From NCBI GenBank assembly GCA_040384725.1, contig JAZKIS010000010.1, forward strand, positions 1 through 63,878: a stretch of 63,878 nt of DNA. The letters are read 5' to 3'. Source of the DNA: Patescibacteria group bacterium. Lineage in GTDB: Bacteria; Patescibacteriota; Minisyncoccia; Phycocordibacterales; Phycocordibacteraceae. The translations under genes and the position numbers were made by a program. Below, piece by piece: positions 8,550-16,529 of this stretch (the first letter of the stretch is position 1; the number at the start of each line of letters is the position of its first letter). Below the pieces are notes generated by a model that had not been told where the DNA came from, ran no database searches, and worked only from the letters and a program-made list of their open reading frames with translations.

Positions 8550-9785
8550 CTACGATACCACTTCCTTCGACGCATCAAGGATGCGCGTGAGGGCGAGCGC
8601 GTATGCCGCTTCGCGGAGCGTGATGCCACGCTCGTGCGCGAAATCAGCGACGTCCCGGTACGCGTCGCGCATCGTCTGGCGAAGCCGGTCCGTGACGCGC
8701 TCATGCGTCCAGACCTCGTCAGAGCGGTTCTGGAGCCATTCGAAATAGGAAACCGTCACCCCGCCCGCGTTCGCGAGTACATCAGGCACTACGCCGATCG
8801 CACGTGCGGTAAGCAGTGCGTCCGCTTCAGGCGTCACCGGACCGTTCGCAACCTCGAGCACTACGGTTGCCATAACGGAGCCTGCGTTACGCGAGGTTAT
8901 GGCTTCCTCGAGCGCAGCCGGGATAAGGACGTCGCAGGCGCTCTCGATAACGGCGTCAGCGTTCGCAGGCGTCCCGTACGCAGTCAGGTCATGCACCGAC
9001 TTCCCGGTCGCCTTCTCGTTTAGGATCGCATCGACGTCGAGGCCGCCTTCGTTCACGAGCGTGCCGTGGCTGTCTGCAAGCGCCACGACCTTCCCGCCAT
9101 GCTTCTCAACAAGACGCGCTGCCTGCGCGCCTGCGTTCCCTGCGCCCTGCACGGCTACCTCGATACCTTCCATGCTGCGGTGCTGGTCTTCGATAAGCGC
9201 CTCGAGCACGTAGATCGCGCCGTCCGCGGTTGCGGTGTCGCGACCGAGGATTCCCCCGTTCTCAAGCGGCTTTCCGGTTATCATCGCCGGCGCGTTGGCG
9301 CCCGTGACGGTCTCGTACTCGTCGAGCATCGCGGCCATGATAGCAGGGTTCGTATAGACGTCAGGAGCCGGTACGTCCGTGTCCGGCCCGAGATTATCCG
9401 CGAACGCGCGGACGTAGGCGCGCGCGACGCGATCAAGTTCAGATGCAGAATGTTCTTTCGGATTGATCGTAACGCCGCCCTTCGCTCCCCCGAACGGTAT
9501 ATCAACAACTGCACACTTGATAGCCATCATGGCTGCCAATGCTGAGACCTCGTCCTGGTCCGCGTCAGGATGGAAGCGGATCCCTCCCTTGTACGGACCC
9601 CTCGCGTTGTTGAACTGCACCCGGTACGCCGGATAGGTTGATGTGCTTCCGTCGTCGCGGGTAATCTCAAGGGTAGCCGTCAGCACCCGGTCAGGCGCCA
9701 TGAACGTCGCACGTTCTTCCTCGGTTAGCTTCAGAAGATCTGCGGCCTTCTGAACGTTCTCTTTGAAATAGTCGAATGCGGCCAT
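8550..9785 (-). CDS. gdhA: Glutamate dehydrogenase (Glu/Leu/Phe/Val dehydrogenase family)
   Basis: ...NNARGPYKGGIRFHP...IPFGGAKGG... is the family signature. A Rossmann GAGNAG motif is also present. Confidence 0.93.
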   Translation of the reverse strand: MAAFDYFKENVQKAADLLKLTEEERATFMAPDRVLTATLEITRDDGSTSTYPAYRVQFNNARGPYKGGIRFHPDADQDEVSALAAMMAIKCAVVDIPFGGAKGGVTINPKEHSASELDRVARAYVRAFADNLGPDTDVPAPDVYTNPAIMAAMLDEYETVTGANAPAMITGKPLENGGILGRDTATADGAIYVLEALIEDQHRSMEGIEVAVQGAGNAGAQAARLVEKHGGKVVALADSHGTLVNEGGLDVDAILNEKATGKSVHDLTAYGTPANADAVIESACDVLIPAALEEAITSRNAGSVMATVVLEVANGPVTPEADALLTARAIGVVPDVLANAGGVTVSYFEWLQNRSDEVWTHERVTDRLRQTMRDAYRDVADFAHERGITLREAAYALALTRILDASKEVVS

Positions 9786-9845
9786 GAGGTAAGGGTTAGT
9801 GTACGGAAAGCATACGCCTCTCCCCGAAGGCGTCTATGGGGACAA

Positions 9846-12065
9846 TTACTTCGCTACCGCTACCGCCTCGTCGAACTTAACCGACAAGAGTTTCGAGATG
9901 CCGTCCGCACCCATCGTGACGCCGTAGAGGATGTTCGCGCGCGACATGGTCTCGCGGTTGTGCGTGATAACGATGAGCTGCGACTTCGAGGAGAGGCTCT
10001 GGATCATGTCGCCGTAGCGTCGGCTGTTCGCCTCGTCGAGCGCCGCATCGGTCTCGTCGAGGATCAGAAACGGCGGCGGGTTCACCTGGCTCATAGCGAA
10101 GATGAGTGCGATCGAGGTCAACGCGCGCTCGCCTCCGGAAAGCTGCATGAGTGCCTGCACCCGCTTCTTCGGCAGGTTCACCGCTATCTCGATACCGGGC
10201 TTCTGATTCGCCTTCCTCTTCGGAAGCTCCTCCTCGTATTCCTCGTCCTCGTCGTCTGATCCTGGCGCGTTAATCTCTTCGAGCACGAGACGTGCGCCGC
10301 CTCCCCCGAACATGAGCCCGAAGAATTCTCCGAAGGAACTGTTCACCTTCTGCAGACCTTCCGCGAAGCTCTTCTGGAGCTCCTGGTCGAGGTCGGCGAT
10401 AAGCTCCTTGAGGCTCGCCGCGGACTTCGCGAGGTCCTCGAGCTCTGACGCGAGGAACGCCTCGCGCTCGGACGCTTCCTTGTATTCGCTCCTGACGTCC
10501 TCGCCTGACCCGCCCGCTTCCTCGACGCGGATCTTGAGGCGCTCCATGGAGCGCTTGCGGTCCTCTTGCACGCGCCGTTCCTCGTTCGGCAGCGTCGACA
10601 CCGGTTCGTATGAAAGGGCGTTCACGCCCACGAGCGCGATTGCCTCGCGCTTCCCCTGCTCGATATCCTCGGCGAGATAATCGAGCTCTCCCATCTTCGC
10701 GGACAGGCGCGAGCGCTCGCTCTCGGTCTTCGCCTTCTCGTCTGCGAGCTCGAGGAGCCTGCGGTTCTGCTCGCGTCCCGTCTCCTCGTGCGCCATGGTC
10801 GCCTCGCGCGCCTTCGACAGCATAGTTCGTGCGTCGTCGATGGATTCCGAAAGGGCGTTATCCTTTTCCATGAGCTCGCTGCGCTTGGCCTCGAGCGTAT
10901 GACTCGCCTGCTCTTCCTCGAGAAGAATGTCATCGTTGCCGGTGCCGTACCGCTCGAAGAATGCCTTGATGGTGGCACGCAAGGTCTGGAGCGCCGCATG
11001 GGTCGCTCCCGGTTCTGCTCCCTCAACGGCGAGCACCTGCTTCTCCACCTCATCCCGAAGCATCTTCATGTCGTCGCGCGGGACCTTCACGTACGGATCG
11101 CGCGCAACCGCGACGCTTCTGCGCTTCGCTTCGTTCAACGCACCTTCGATGCGGCCGATCTCACGGGCGAGCTCGGAACGCTCGCCGGTTAGCCGGTCGA
11201 GCTCGCGCTCTGCCTTACGCACCGCTTCCGAGCGCTTCATGCCCTCGGTATCGGTCGTGACACGCTCCTCGAAGGCCGCGAGCTCGGCCTCGAGGGTCGC
11301 CAGGTGCTCGGACACGGTACGCAGGCGCGCCTCGGTCTTCTCCCGCTCGAACGTTATATACGCTTCTTCTATCGCGAAGTACGTCTGGCATGCCGCGCGC
11401 AATTCCTTCGCGAGCTCTTCTGCGCGTTCGAGGCGCTCTACCTGCTTCGCGAGGAACCGTATGTGCGGCGCGATCTCACGGCGCAGCGCCTCTACCTGGC
11501 CGACGTTCTCTTCCGTTCTCTCGAGCTTCCGTTCCGCTTCCTGCTTCTTGAATTCGAATACCTTGAGACCGAGTGCGTCCTCGAGCATGCTGCGGCGCTC
11601 GCGCGGCGCGGCCGTTAGGATGCGGTCCGCCTCTCCCTGAGAGATGATGTGGTGCCCGGTCTCGCCGATGTTCGCCGACGCGAGAAGCTCCTGCACGTCA
11701 CGGAGGCGCACCTTCGAGCCGTTTATGGCGTACTCGCTCGCGCCGTCGCGGAACACCGCGCGCTCGATCGATACCTCGTCGAACTCGAGCTTCGGGAATA
11801 TCTTCTTCGTATTATCGAAGACGATGGTAACGGCAGCGCGGTTCGCGCGTGGCGCCATGTTCGAGCCAGACCAGATGAGGTCTTCGCTACGCTTGCCGCG
11901 CATCGACTTCATCGACTGCTCGCCGAGCGCGAAACGGAACGCTTCGGCGACATTACTCTTTCCGGATCCGTTCGGTCCGACGACCGATGTCACCGACGAC
12001 GAGAAATCGAGCACGGTCTTCCGCGCAAAGGACTTGAACCCGGCTATCTCGAGCCTCTTTAGCAT
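9846..12065 (-). CDS. smc: SMC chromosome-partition ATPase, unusually short (739 aa, no canonical hinge)
   Basis: Walker A GPNGSGKSN, signature LSGGERALTSIALIFA, and Walker B FLILDETDAALD are present. The N-terminus MLKRLEIAGFKSFA is SMC-typical. The gene lies downstream of rnc, as in the conserved rnc-smc arrangement. Confidence 0.88.
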   Translation of the reverse strand: MLKRLEIAGFKSFARKTVLDFSSSVTSVVGPNGSGKSNVAEAFRFALGEQSMKSMRGKRSEDLIWSGSNMAPRANRAAVTIVFDNTKKIFPKLEFDEVSIERAVFRDGASEYAINGSKVRLRDVQELLASANIGETGHHIISQGEADRILTAAPRERRSMLEDALGLKVFEFKKQEAERKLERTEENVGQVEALRREIAPHIRFLAKQVERLERAEELAKELRAACQTYFAIEEAYITFEREKTEARLRTVSEHLATLEAELAAFEERVTTDTEGMKRSEAVRKAERELDRLTGERSELAREIGRIEGALNEAKRRSVAVARDPYVKVPRDDMKMLRDEVEKQVLAVEGAEPGATHAALQTLRATIKAFFERYGTGNDDILLEEEQASHTLEAKRSELMEKDNALSESIDDARTMLSKAREATMAHEETGREQNRRLLELADEKAKTESERSRLSAKMGELDYLAEDIEQGKREAIALVGVNALSYEPVSTLPNEERRVQEDRKRSMERLKIRVEEAGGSGEDVRSEYKEASEREAFLASELEDLAKSAASLKELIADLDQELQKSFAEGLQKVNSSFGEFFGLMFGGGGARLVLEEINAPGSDDEDEEYEEELPKRKANQKPGIEIAVNLPKKRVQALMQLSGGERALTSIALIFAMSQVNPPPFLILDETDAALDEANSRRYGDMIQSLSSKSQLIVITHNRETMSRANILYGVTMGADGISKLLSVKFDEAVAVAK

Positions 12066-12085
12066 TTGAAAATAGTATAACGCAT

Positions 12086-12121
12086 GGAAAAGCCGCCCGG
12101 TCCTTTCGGACAGGGCGGCTT
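12086..12121 (-). terminator. Rho-independent terminator after the 12136..12489 gene
   Basis: Minus strand: AAGCCGCCC, 14-nt loop, GGGCGGCTT, followed by TTTCC. Confidence 0.65.
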
Positions 12122-12135
12122 GGTTGAAAGAGTGC

Positions 12136-12489
12136 TCAGGGCGCCTGCACGTGCATGACGAGGAGCAGTCCCGCGCCGATGAAGATCGGCGCCACGAACG
12201 AGTGTTCGGGCAGGAAGTGCCCGATGACAGCCGCGAGCACGATGACGAAGAGCGACGCGAAGCCGGCGACGAAGGCGCGCAGCGGGGTGAAATGCCTGCC
12301 CGTCTCTGACGGCGGCCAGGTCATGCACCCGAGCACGACGCCGAGTACGAGAGCGGCAGCGCCCAGCAGCAGGAACCTCGTATCGTCGGCATTCTGCTTC
12401 CCGATGTAGTACACGAGCACGACAGCCGCCGCGGTTCCTACGAGCTGCAGAATGCCCCTTCTTTCTGTTGCCTGATCCTTATGGTTCAC
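12136..12489 (-). CDS. Small polytopic membrane protein
   Basis: 117 aa with a GTG start preceded by AAGGA 6 nt upstream. It has 3-4 hydrophobic helices. Confidence 0.6.
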   Translation of the reverse strand: MNHKDQATERRGILQLVGTAAAVVLVYYIGKQNADDTRFLLLGAAALVLGVVLGCMTWPPSETGRHFTPLRAFVAGFASLFVIVLAAVIGHFLPEHSFVAPIFIGAGLLLVMHVQAP

Positions 12490-12504
12490 GGGATATCCTT
12501 CCCT

Positions 12505-12532
12505 AAAAAGCAGCCCTCGATGCGGGGACTGC
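12505..12532 (-). terminator. Imperfect terminator hairpin after rnc
   Basis: Minus strand: GCAGTCCCC, loop, GGGCTGC (one bulge), followed by TTTTTAGGG. Confidence 0.4.
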
Positions 12533-12561
12533 GGCCAGTATCTCTATATATTATGCCGTAT

Positions 12562-13248
12562 CTAGCTGATACGGTCAAGCGCCGCTTGTGCGGCTGCCTG
12601 CTCGGCCTCCTGCTTGCTCTTCCCGTCCCCGCGCGCGACCTCCTTGTCCGCGAGGAACACGCCGACCGTGAACTGCTTGTCATGGTCCGGTCCGGTCTCG
12701 GACAAGGTCTTGTAGGTGGGTGTCACGCTCTTCTTGTCCTGTGCTACCTCCTGGAACTGGCTCTTCGCGTCCTGCCAGGTGCGGTTCTTCAGTACGTAGT
12801 CGATCTTCGGGTAGAGATTCTTCGCTACGAAGCTTTCGGCCGCTTCATACCCCTGATCGAGATAGATGCTCCCGAGTATCGCCTCGAACGCGTTCGCGAG
12901 GATGATCTGTCGCGCACGTCCCGTATCCTTCTTCTCTCCCTTGGACAAAAGAAGCATGTCGTTCACGCCGAGGCCTTCAGCGGTCTCAGCGAGCGAGTAG
13001 GTATTCACGAGCGCGGCGCGGTACGCCGTGAGATCGCCCTCGGGCTTCCCTGGGAACTTCGTGTAGAGGAAATGCGTAACCGCGAGCTCGAGCACCGCGT
13101 CACCAAGGAACTCGAGACGCTCGTTGTGGCTGCCGGGCGCGGTGCGGTGCTCGTTCAGGTACGAGCGATGCGTCAACGCCTCGATAAGGAGATCGAGGTT
13201 GTTGAAGCGGACACCGAGCTTCTCTGCATGTGCGAGAAAATCTGACAT
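12562..13248 (-). CDS. rnc: Ribonuclease III
   Basis: ...ALTHRSY...NERLEFLGDAVLEL... is the RNase III signature. A C-terminal dsRBD follows. Confidence 0.95.
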   Translation of the reverse strand: MSDFLAHAEKLGVRFNNLDLLIEALTHRSYLNEHRTAPGSHNERLEFLGDAVLELAVTHFLYTKFPGKPEGDLTAYRAALVNTYSLAETAEGLGVNDMLLLSKGEKKDTGRARQIILANAFEAILGSIYLDQGYEAAESFVAKNLYPKIDYVLKNRTWQDAKSQFQEVAQDKKSVTPTYKTLSETGPDHDKQFTVGVFLADKEVARGDGKSKQEAEQAAAQAALDRIS

Positions 13249-13283
13249 GGCCGCATTATACCAGAATATTCCGTAATGTGAAC

Positions 13284-14177
13284 CTAGCGTCCTTTATCCA
13301 AAAGCTTCTGCACTGCCTCCGTAACGATAGGTAGCATGTCGTCATAGAAATTGAGGTCGAGGATATCCGTAAGACGGAACCAGCGCGCGTCGTCGAGCCC
13401 TCCCTTCTTCTCGAGGGTCAGCTCCATGTAGGGCGACTCCGCGAGGTAGTACGAGACATGCTTGCGCATCTTACCCTTCTCCGGATGCGAAGCTATGTAC
13501 TCGTTCTCGCCGATCTTATCCTTGATGACGGCCGGGAGACCGAGCTCGTCCTTGAGTCCCTCGATCGTACCCTCCTCGACGCCCATGCCCGGCGGAATCT
13601 TTCCCTTCGAGAGGGTCCAGTGGCCGAACACATCATGCACCAAGGCGAGATAGTACTGGCCCTCGTGATACGCGTAGACGATGGCACCCCCGAGCTCCTC
13701 TACCGGAAGATCCTCGCGCCTCACGCGCTCCTTCTTCCCGGTCTCCTCCTTACCCGGCTCGCCGAGCTCCTTGTAGACGGCACCAAGCACCCCGTTCACG
13801 AAGCGGCCTGAGGAATCTCCCCCGAAGACTTTCGCGAGCTCGATCGCTTCGTTGATCGCCACTTTCGCCGGAACCTGGGAACGGTCCGCGAACAGAAGCT
13901 CGTAGAGCCCGATGCGCAGGATATTGCGGTCTACCGGCGCGATGCGCTCGAGAGGCCAATCCGGCGCTGCCTTCGTTATGACGAGATCGAGGTCCGCGCG
14001 CTTCGCGAGGACGCCCTGGAGGAGAGCTTCCATGAATGGCCGGTCGGTGTCGTCTCCGCCGAACTCCTCCACGTTCCTCTGGAGTGCGGCCGTCGCATCC
14101 GTATCGCTACGGTGAGACGTATCCCACTCGAAGAGAGTCTGGAGGACGACGGAACGGGCGAGATGTCGGTTGGCCAT
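13284..14177 (-). CDS. nusB: NusB antitermination factor fused to a C-terminal Nudix-fold-like domain
   Basis: The N-terminal half is NusB (MANRHLARSVVLQTLFEWD..., AINEAIELAKVFGGDSSGRFVNGVLGAV). The C-terminal ~130 aa resembles Nudix (GHWTLSKGKIPPGMGVEEGTIEGLKDELGL). I prefer ATG 14177; an upstream start at 14198 is possible. Confidence 0.85.
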   Translation of the reverse strand: MANRHLARSVVLQTLFEWDTSHRSDTDATAALQRNVEEFGGDDTDRPFMEALLQGVLAKRADLDLVITKAAPDWPLERIAPVDRNILRIGLYELLFADRSQVPAKVAINEAIELAKVFGGDSSGRFVNGVLGAVYKELGEPGKEETGKKERVRREDLPVEELGGAIVYAYHEGQYYLALVHDVFGHWTLSKGKIPPGMGVEEGTIEGLKDELGLPAVIKDKIGENEYIASHPEKGKMRKHVSYYLAESPYMELTLEKKGGLDDARWFRLTDILDLNFYDDMLPIVTEAVQKLLDKGR

Positions 14178-14204
14178 GTATGGAAAGAGCGTAGGCACAG
14201 TATA

Positions 14205-14243
14205 CAGACAAAAGCACAGGACCCGCCATAGGCAGGTCCTGTG
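14205..14243 (-). terminator. Rho-independent terminator after rpmF
   Basis: Minus strand: CACAGGACC, 11-nt loop, GGTCCTGTG, followed by CTTTTGTCTG. Confidence 0.6.
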
Positions 14244-14261
14244 TATATCTTTTCTGAAAGC

Positions 14262-14627
14262 TTACGCGCCTCCTCCGAAACCGGAACGCGTCGTGGAGCG
14301 GCCCTTCGTGCTCTTGTCGAGGATAGATCCCTTCTTCACTTCCTTCTTGGCCTCCTTTGCCTGCGCATCGTTCTTCTGCACTTCAGGAGACGTGTCAGTA
14401 ACTTCTACCTGGGAGCGCTCGCCGCGACCTTCCTTCTTGCTCTTCTTCACCTTCACGATCGGTGCCGCGATCTGCTTGCCGCGGTACATGCCCGTTGCCT
14501 CGTCGAGGCGGTGCGGGAGGCGAAGGTTGCCTGACGCCTTGTCAGTAACAATAGCCCCGTCCACGAGCGCGTGATGGCTGCGGCGGTTCTTGGTATGCGA
14601 ACTGGTGTGGCGCATTCGTACGGTCAT
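14262..14627 (-). CDS. rpmF: 50S ribosomal protein L32 with a Lys/Glu-rich C-terminal extension
   Basis: [17 protein letters not shown] is the L32 N-terminal motif. About 60 extra C-terminal residues follow ([15 protein letters not shown]...[10 protein letters not shown]...). Confidence 0.85.
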   Translation of the reverse strand: MTVRMRHTSSHTKNRRSHHALVDGAIVTDKASGNLRLPHRLDEATGMYRGKQIAAPIVKVKKSKKEGRGERSQVEVTDTSPEVQKNDAQAKEAKKEVKKGSILDKSTKGRSTTRSGFGGGA

Positions 14628-14983
14628 AGTGGGAATACCTTATCATAGGGGCCGTATAAACGGAAGCGCACCCGAGGGCCTTTGTTTAAGGGGCTTCCGG
14701 TGGTACTAAGAAGAGGTGCGGAGCCTTTCTTCCAGGAGCCCATCCTGCGATCGGCAGCACAGCAGCCCGCCCTTCGGGGTAAAGGTAAATCGTGTGTAAA
14801 GAGCACAACGATGCAGAAGATAGGCGTTTCCATCATCCAGGGCACCGGTAAGGAGGAACTGCTCATTTTACGTTCCCCGTTCCCGCCGCGTCCCACCGAC
14901 CCGGGGTAGTTTGGTGTTGACTCCCCGGGTGCACGCTAGGCACCATCGTTCTTGAGCGAGACTATCCGCTCGGACGAAATACG

Positions 14984-15013
14984 AGGGCGCGCCGGCAACT
15001 GCCGACGCGCCCT
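14984..15013 (-). terminator. Candidate terminator after rnhB
   Basis: Minus strand: AGGGCGCG, 14-nt loop, CGCGCCCT, then CGTATTTCG. The U-tract is weak. Confidence 0.35.
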
Positions 15014-15017
15014 TCCT

Positions 15018-15611
15018 CTATATATGTATGAACGTGGTGCGGTGCTCTTCGCACGGCCCGTATGCCCGTATCGCCTCTCTGTGCGCTTTCGTACCGTATC
15101 CCTTATGAGACGCGAACCCATAGGCTGGATAGAGCGCGTCCGTCTTCAGCATCAGCTGGTCCCTGGTTACCTTCGCCGCGATCGACGCGAGCATGATGGC
15201 GGGAATGAGCCCGTCTCCGCCGATGACCGTCTCCTGCCTATATTCGACTGGCGCCTTAAGGGACCCGTCGAGCCACACCTTCCCCTCTTCGGGATTCGGG
15301 AGGAGCTTTCGTACGCCGCGATCGAGCGCATGGCGCACGGCGTACGCGATACCCTTCTCGTCTATCATCTTCGCGCTCGACAGACACACGACGGCGCTCA
15401 CGTTCCCCGCCTTCATCTCCTCTTGAAGTGTCTTAAAAAGCGCCTCCCGTTTCTTCTCGGAGAGCTTCTTCGAATCATTCAGTCCTGGGAAGTGCGCGAG
15501 GATATCGTATCCCTCAGTGACCGCAATCACGCCGACCGCGACCGGTCCCGCCAAGGGACCCCGCCCTGCTTCGTCCACGCCGAGCACGCTACGCATATCT
15601 GCACACTCCAC
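15018..15611 (-). CDS. rnhB: Ribonuclease HII
   Basis: ...VLGVDEAGRGPLAGPV... is the RNase HII DEAGRG motif. Confidence 0.92.
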   Translation of the reverse strand: MECADMRSVLGVDEAGRGPLAGPVAVGVIAVTEGYDILAHFPGLNDSKKLSEKKREALFKTLQEEMKAGNVSAVVCLSSAKMIDEKGIAYAVRHALDRGVRKLLPNPEEGKVWLDGSLKAPVEYRQETVIGGDGLIPAIMLASIAAKVTRDQLMLKTDALYPAYGFASHKGYGTKAHREAIRAYGPCEEHRTTFIHI

Positions 15612-15733
15612 CTAACACTAAGGGTTCTGCTCCTGTCATGGCATCATTCTACATGCCCAACGTTCCTGTTCAGGGCGGCGCAAACGGATAGATACAGATC
15701 AGCCCCGAGCATGCACTCGGGGCTGAGAGGGTT

Positions 15734-16402
15734 TCAGGCATGGCCTGCGATCGGTTCGACTACGCCGAGCAAGGACATGTGCAGGTGATAGTACGTGCCG
15801 ACGATTTCCCTATCTATCGCGAAGCAGTGCCGCTCAGAATCTAGCCAGAAGACATCGCATCGCTGACTGCCCTGTCCGCGCTCCTCGAAAAGGCACGTGA
15901 GCCGTTTCGAGGACTCGGTGAGCATGGCATTCCAGAAATGAGCGAACAGTGCTGGATCGCCCTCGAGGTAGAGGGCGTACATGGCGCGCGGGTCTATGGT
16001 GTCGTCCAGAACGGGTATGGACTGGAGCCTGCGGACAGCGATCTCGAGATCCCCCGGCGACGCGTCGAAGCCGAGCATGCACCCGGCGAACGACACGTGG
16101 CGGAGCATCGTGCCGCCGCTCGCGGTGTCGAGCGATCCGGAGTACTGCGCTCTCAATGGCACGACCCGGTCGAGGATATCGATCATCTCTTCCACGCTAT
16201 AGGTGTCTTTCCGGACATGATACGCGCGGCAATGCTTCCTGAACTCAGGCTCGGTCATCTGGAACCGCGGATACTTCCTCCGGATGCCCGGTGACGCGCA
16301 TTGCCAGAACACGCGGCACAAGAGATCAATACCTTCGAACAGGCGGGCCTTGAACGCTTCTACCGAGTCCTGAGGACCGGCCGTCGTCGTGATGGCGAGC
16401 AC
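15734..16402 (-). CDS. Hypothetical 222-aa protein
   Basis: I re-started the tracked ORF at GTG 16402, which has GGAGG 5 nt upstream (CAGAGGAGGCTCACGTG). The longer version would overlap the dnaE start. I recognise no family. Confidence 0.5.
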   Translation of the reverse strand: MLAITTTAGPQDSVEAFKARLFEGIDLLCRVFWQCASPGIRRKYPRFQMTEPEFRKHCRAYHVRKDTYSVEEMIDILDRVVPLRAQYSGSLDTASGGTMLRHVSFAGCMLGFDASPGDLEIAVRRLQSIPVLDDTIDPRAMYALYLEGDPALFAHFWNAMLTESSKRLTCLFEERGQGSQRCDVFWLDSERHCFAIDREIVGTYYHLHMSLLGVVEPIAGHA

Positions 16403-16529
16403 GTGAGCCTCCTCTGAAAACCTGGGTGGAACAGTGCGGCGGGATGCCGTCTTTCTAGGAGCATTACATGCTATCCCGTCCCGTCTGTCAAAACCCACCA
16501 TGCGCCGCACGTTTTGCTATTCTAAGGAC

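Noticed and set aside
8546-8704. N-terminal 53-aa extension of the tracked GFA-family ORF
   Set aside because: It overlaps the 3' end of gdh and is Arg/Ser-rich. The conserved domain starts exactly at ATG 8545.
14776-14810. GGGGTAAAGGTAAATCGTGTGTAAAGAGCACAACG resembles the RNase P RNA GGGUGAAAGGGUGCGGUAAGAGCGCACC region
   Set aside because: The universally conserved GAGGAAAGUCC (P4) and ACAGAAnCCGGCUUA elements are absent from both strands of the gap, so I do not call RNase P RNA.
14624-14909. Tracked ORFs 14624..14896 (-) and 14682..14909 (+) in the rnhB-rpmF gap
   Set aside because: They have no Shine-Dalgarno sequence and an implausible composition (Cys/Pro/Arg-rich). One overlaps the rpmF start. 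I treat the region as non-coding.
16403-16529. Upstream extensions of both divergent ORFs (hypothetical gene to 16510, dnaE from 16434)
   Set aside because: The two extensions would overlap each other. dnaE homology begins at MSGRYIHLHTHSHYS (ATG 16530). The hypothetical gene has a GTG with a GGAGG Shine-Dalgarno at 16402.
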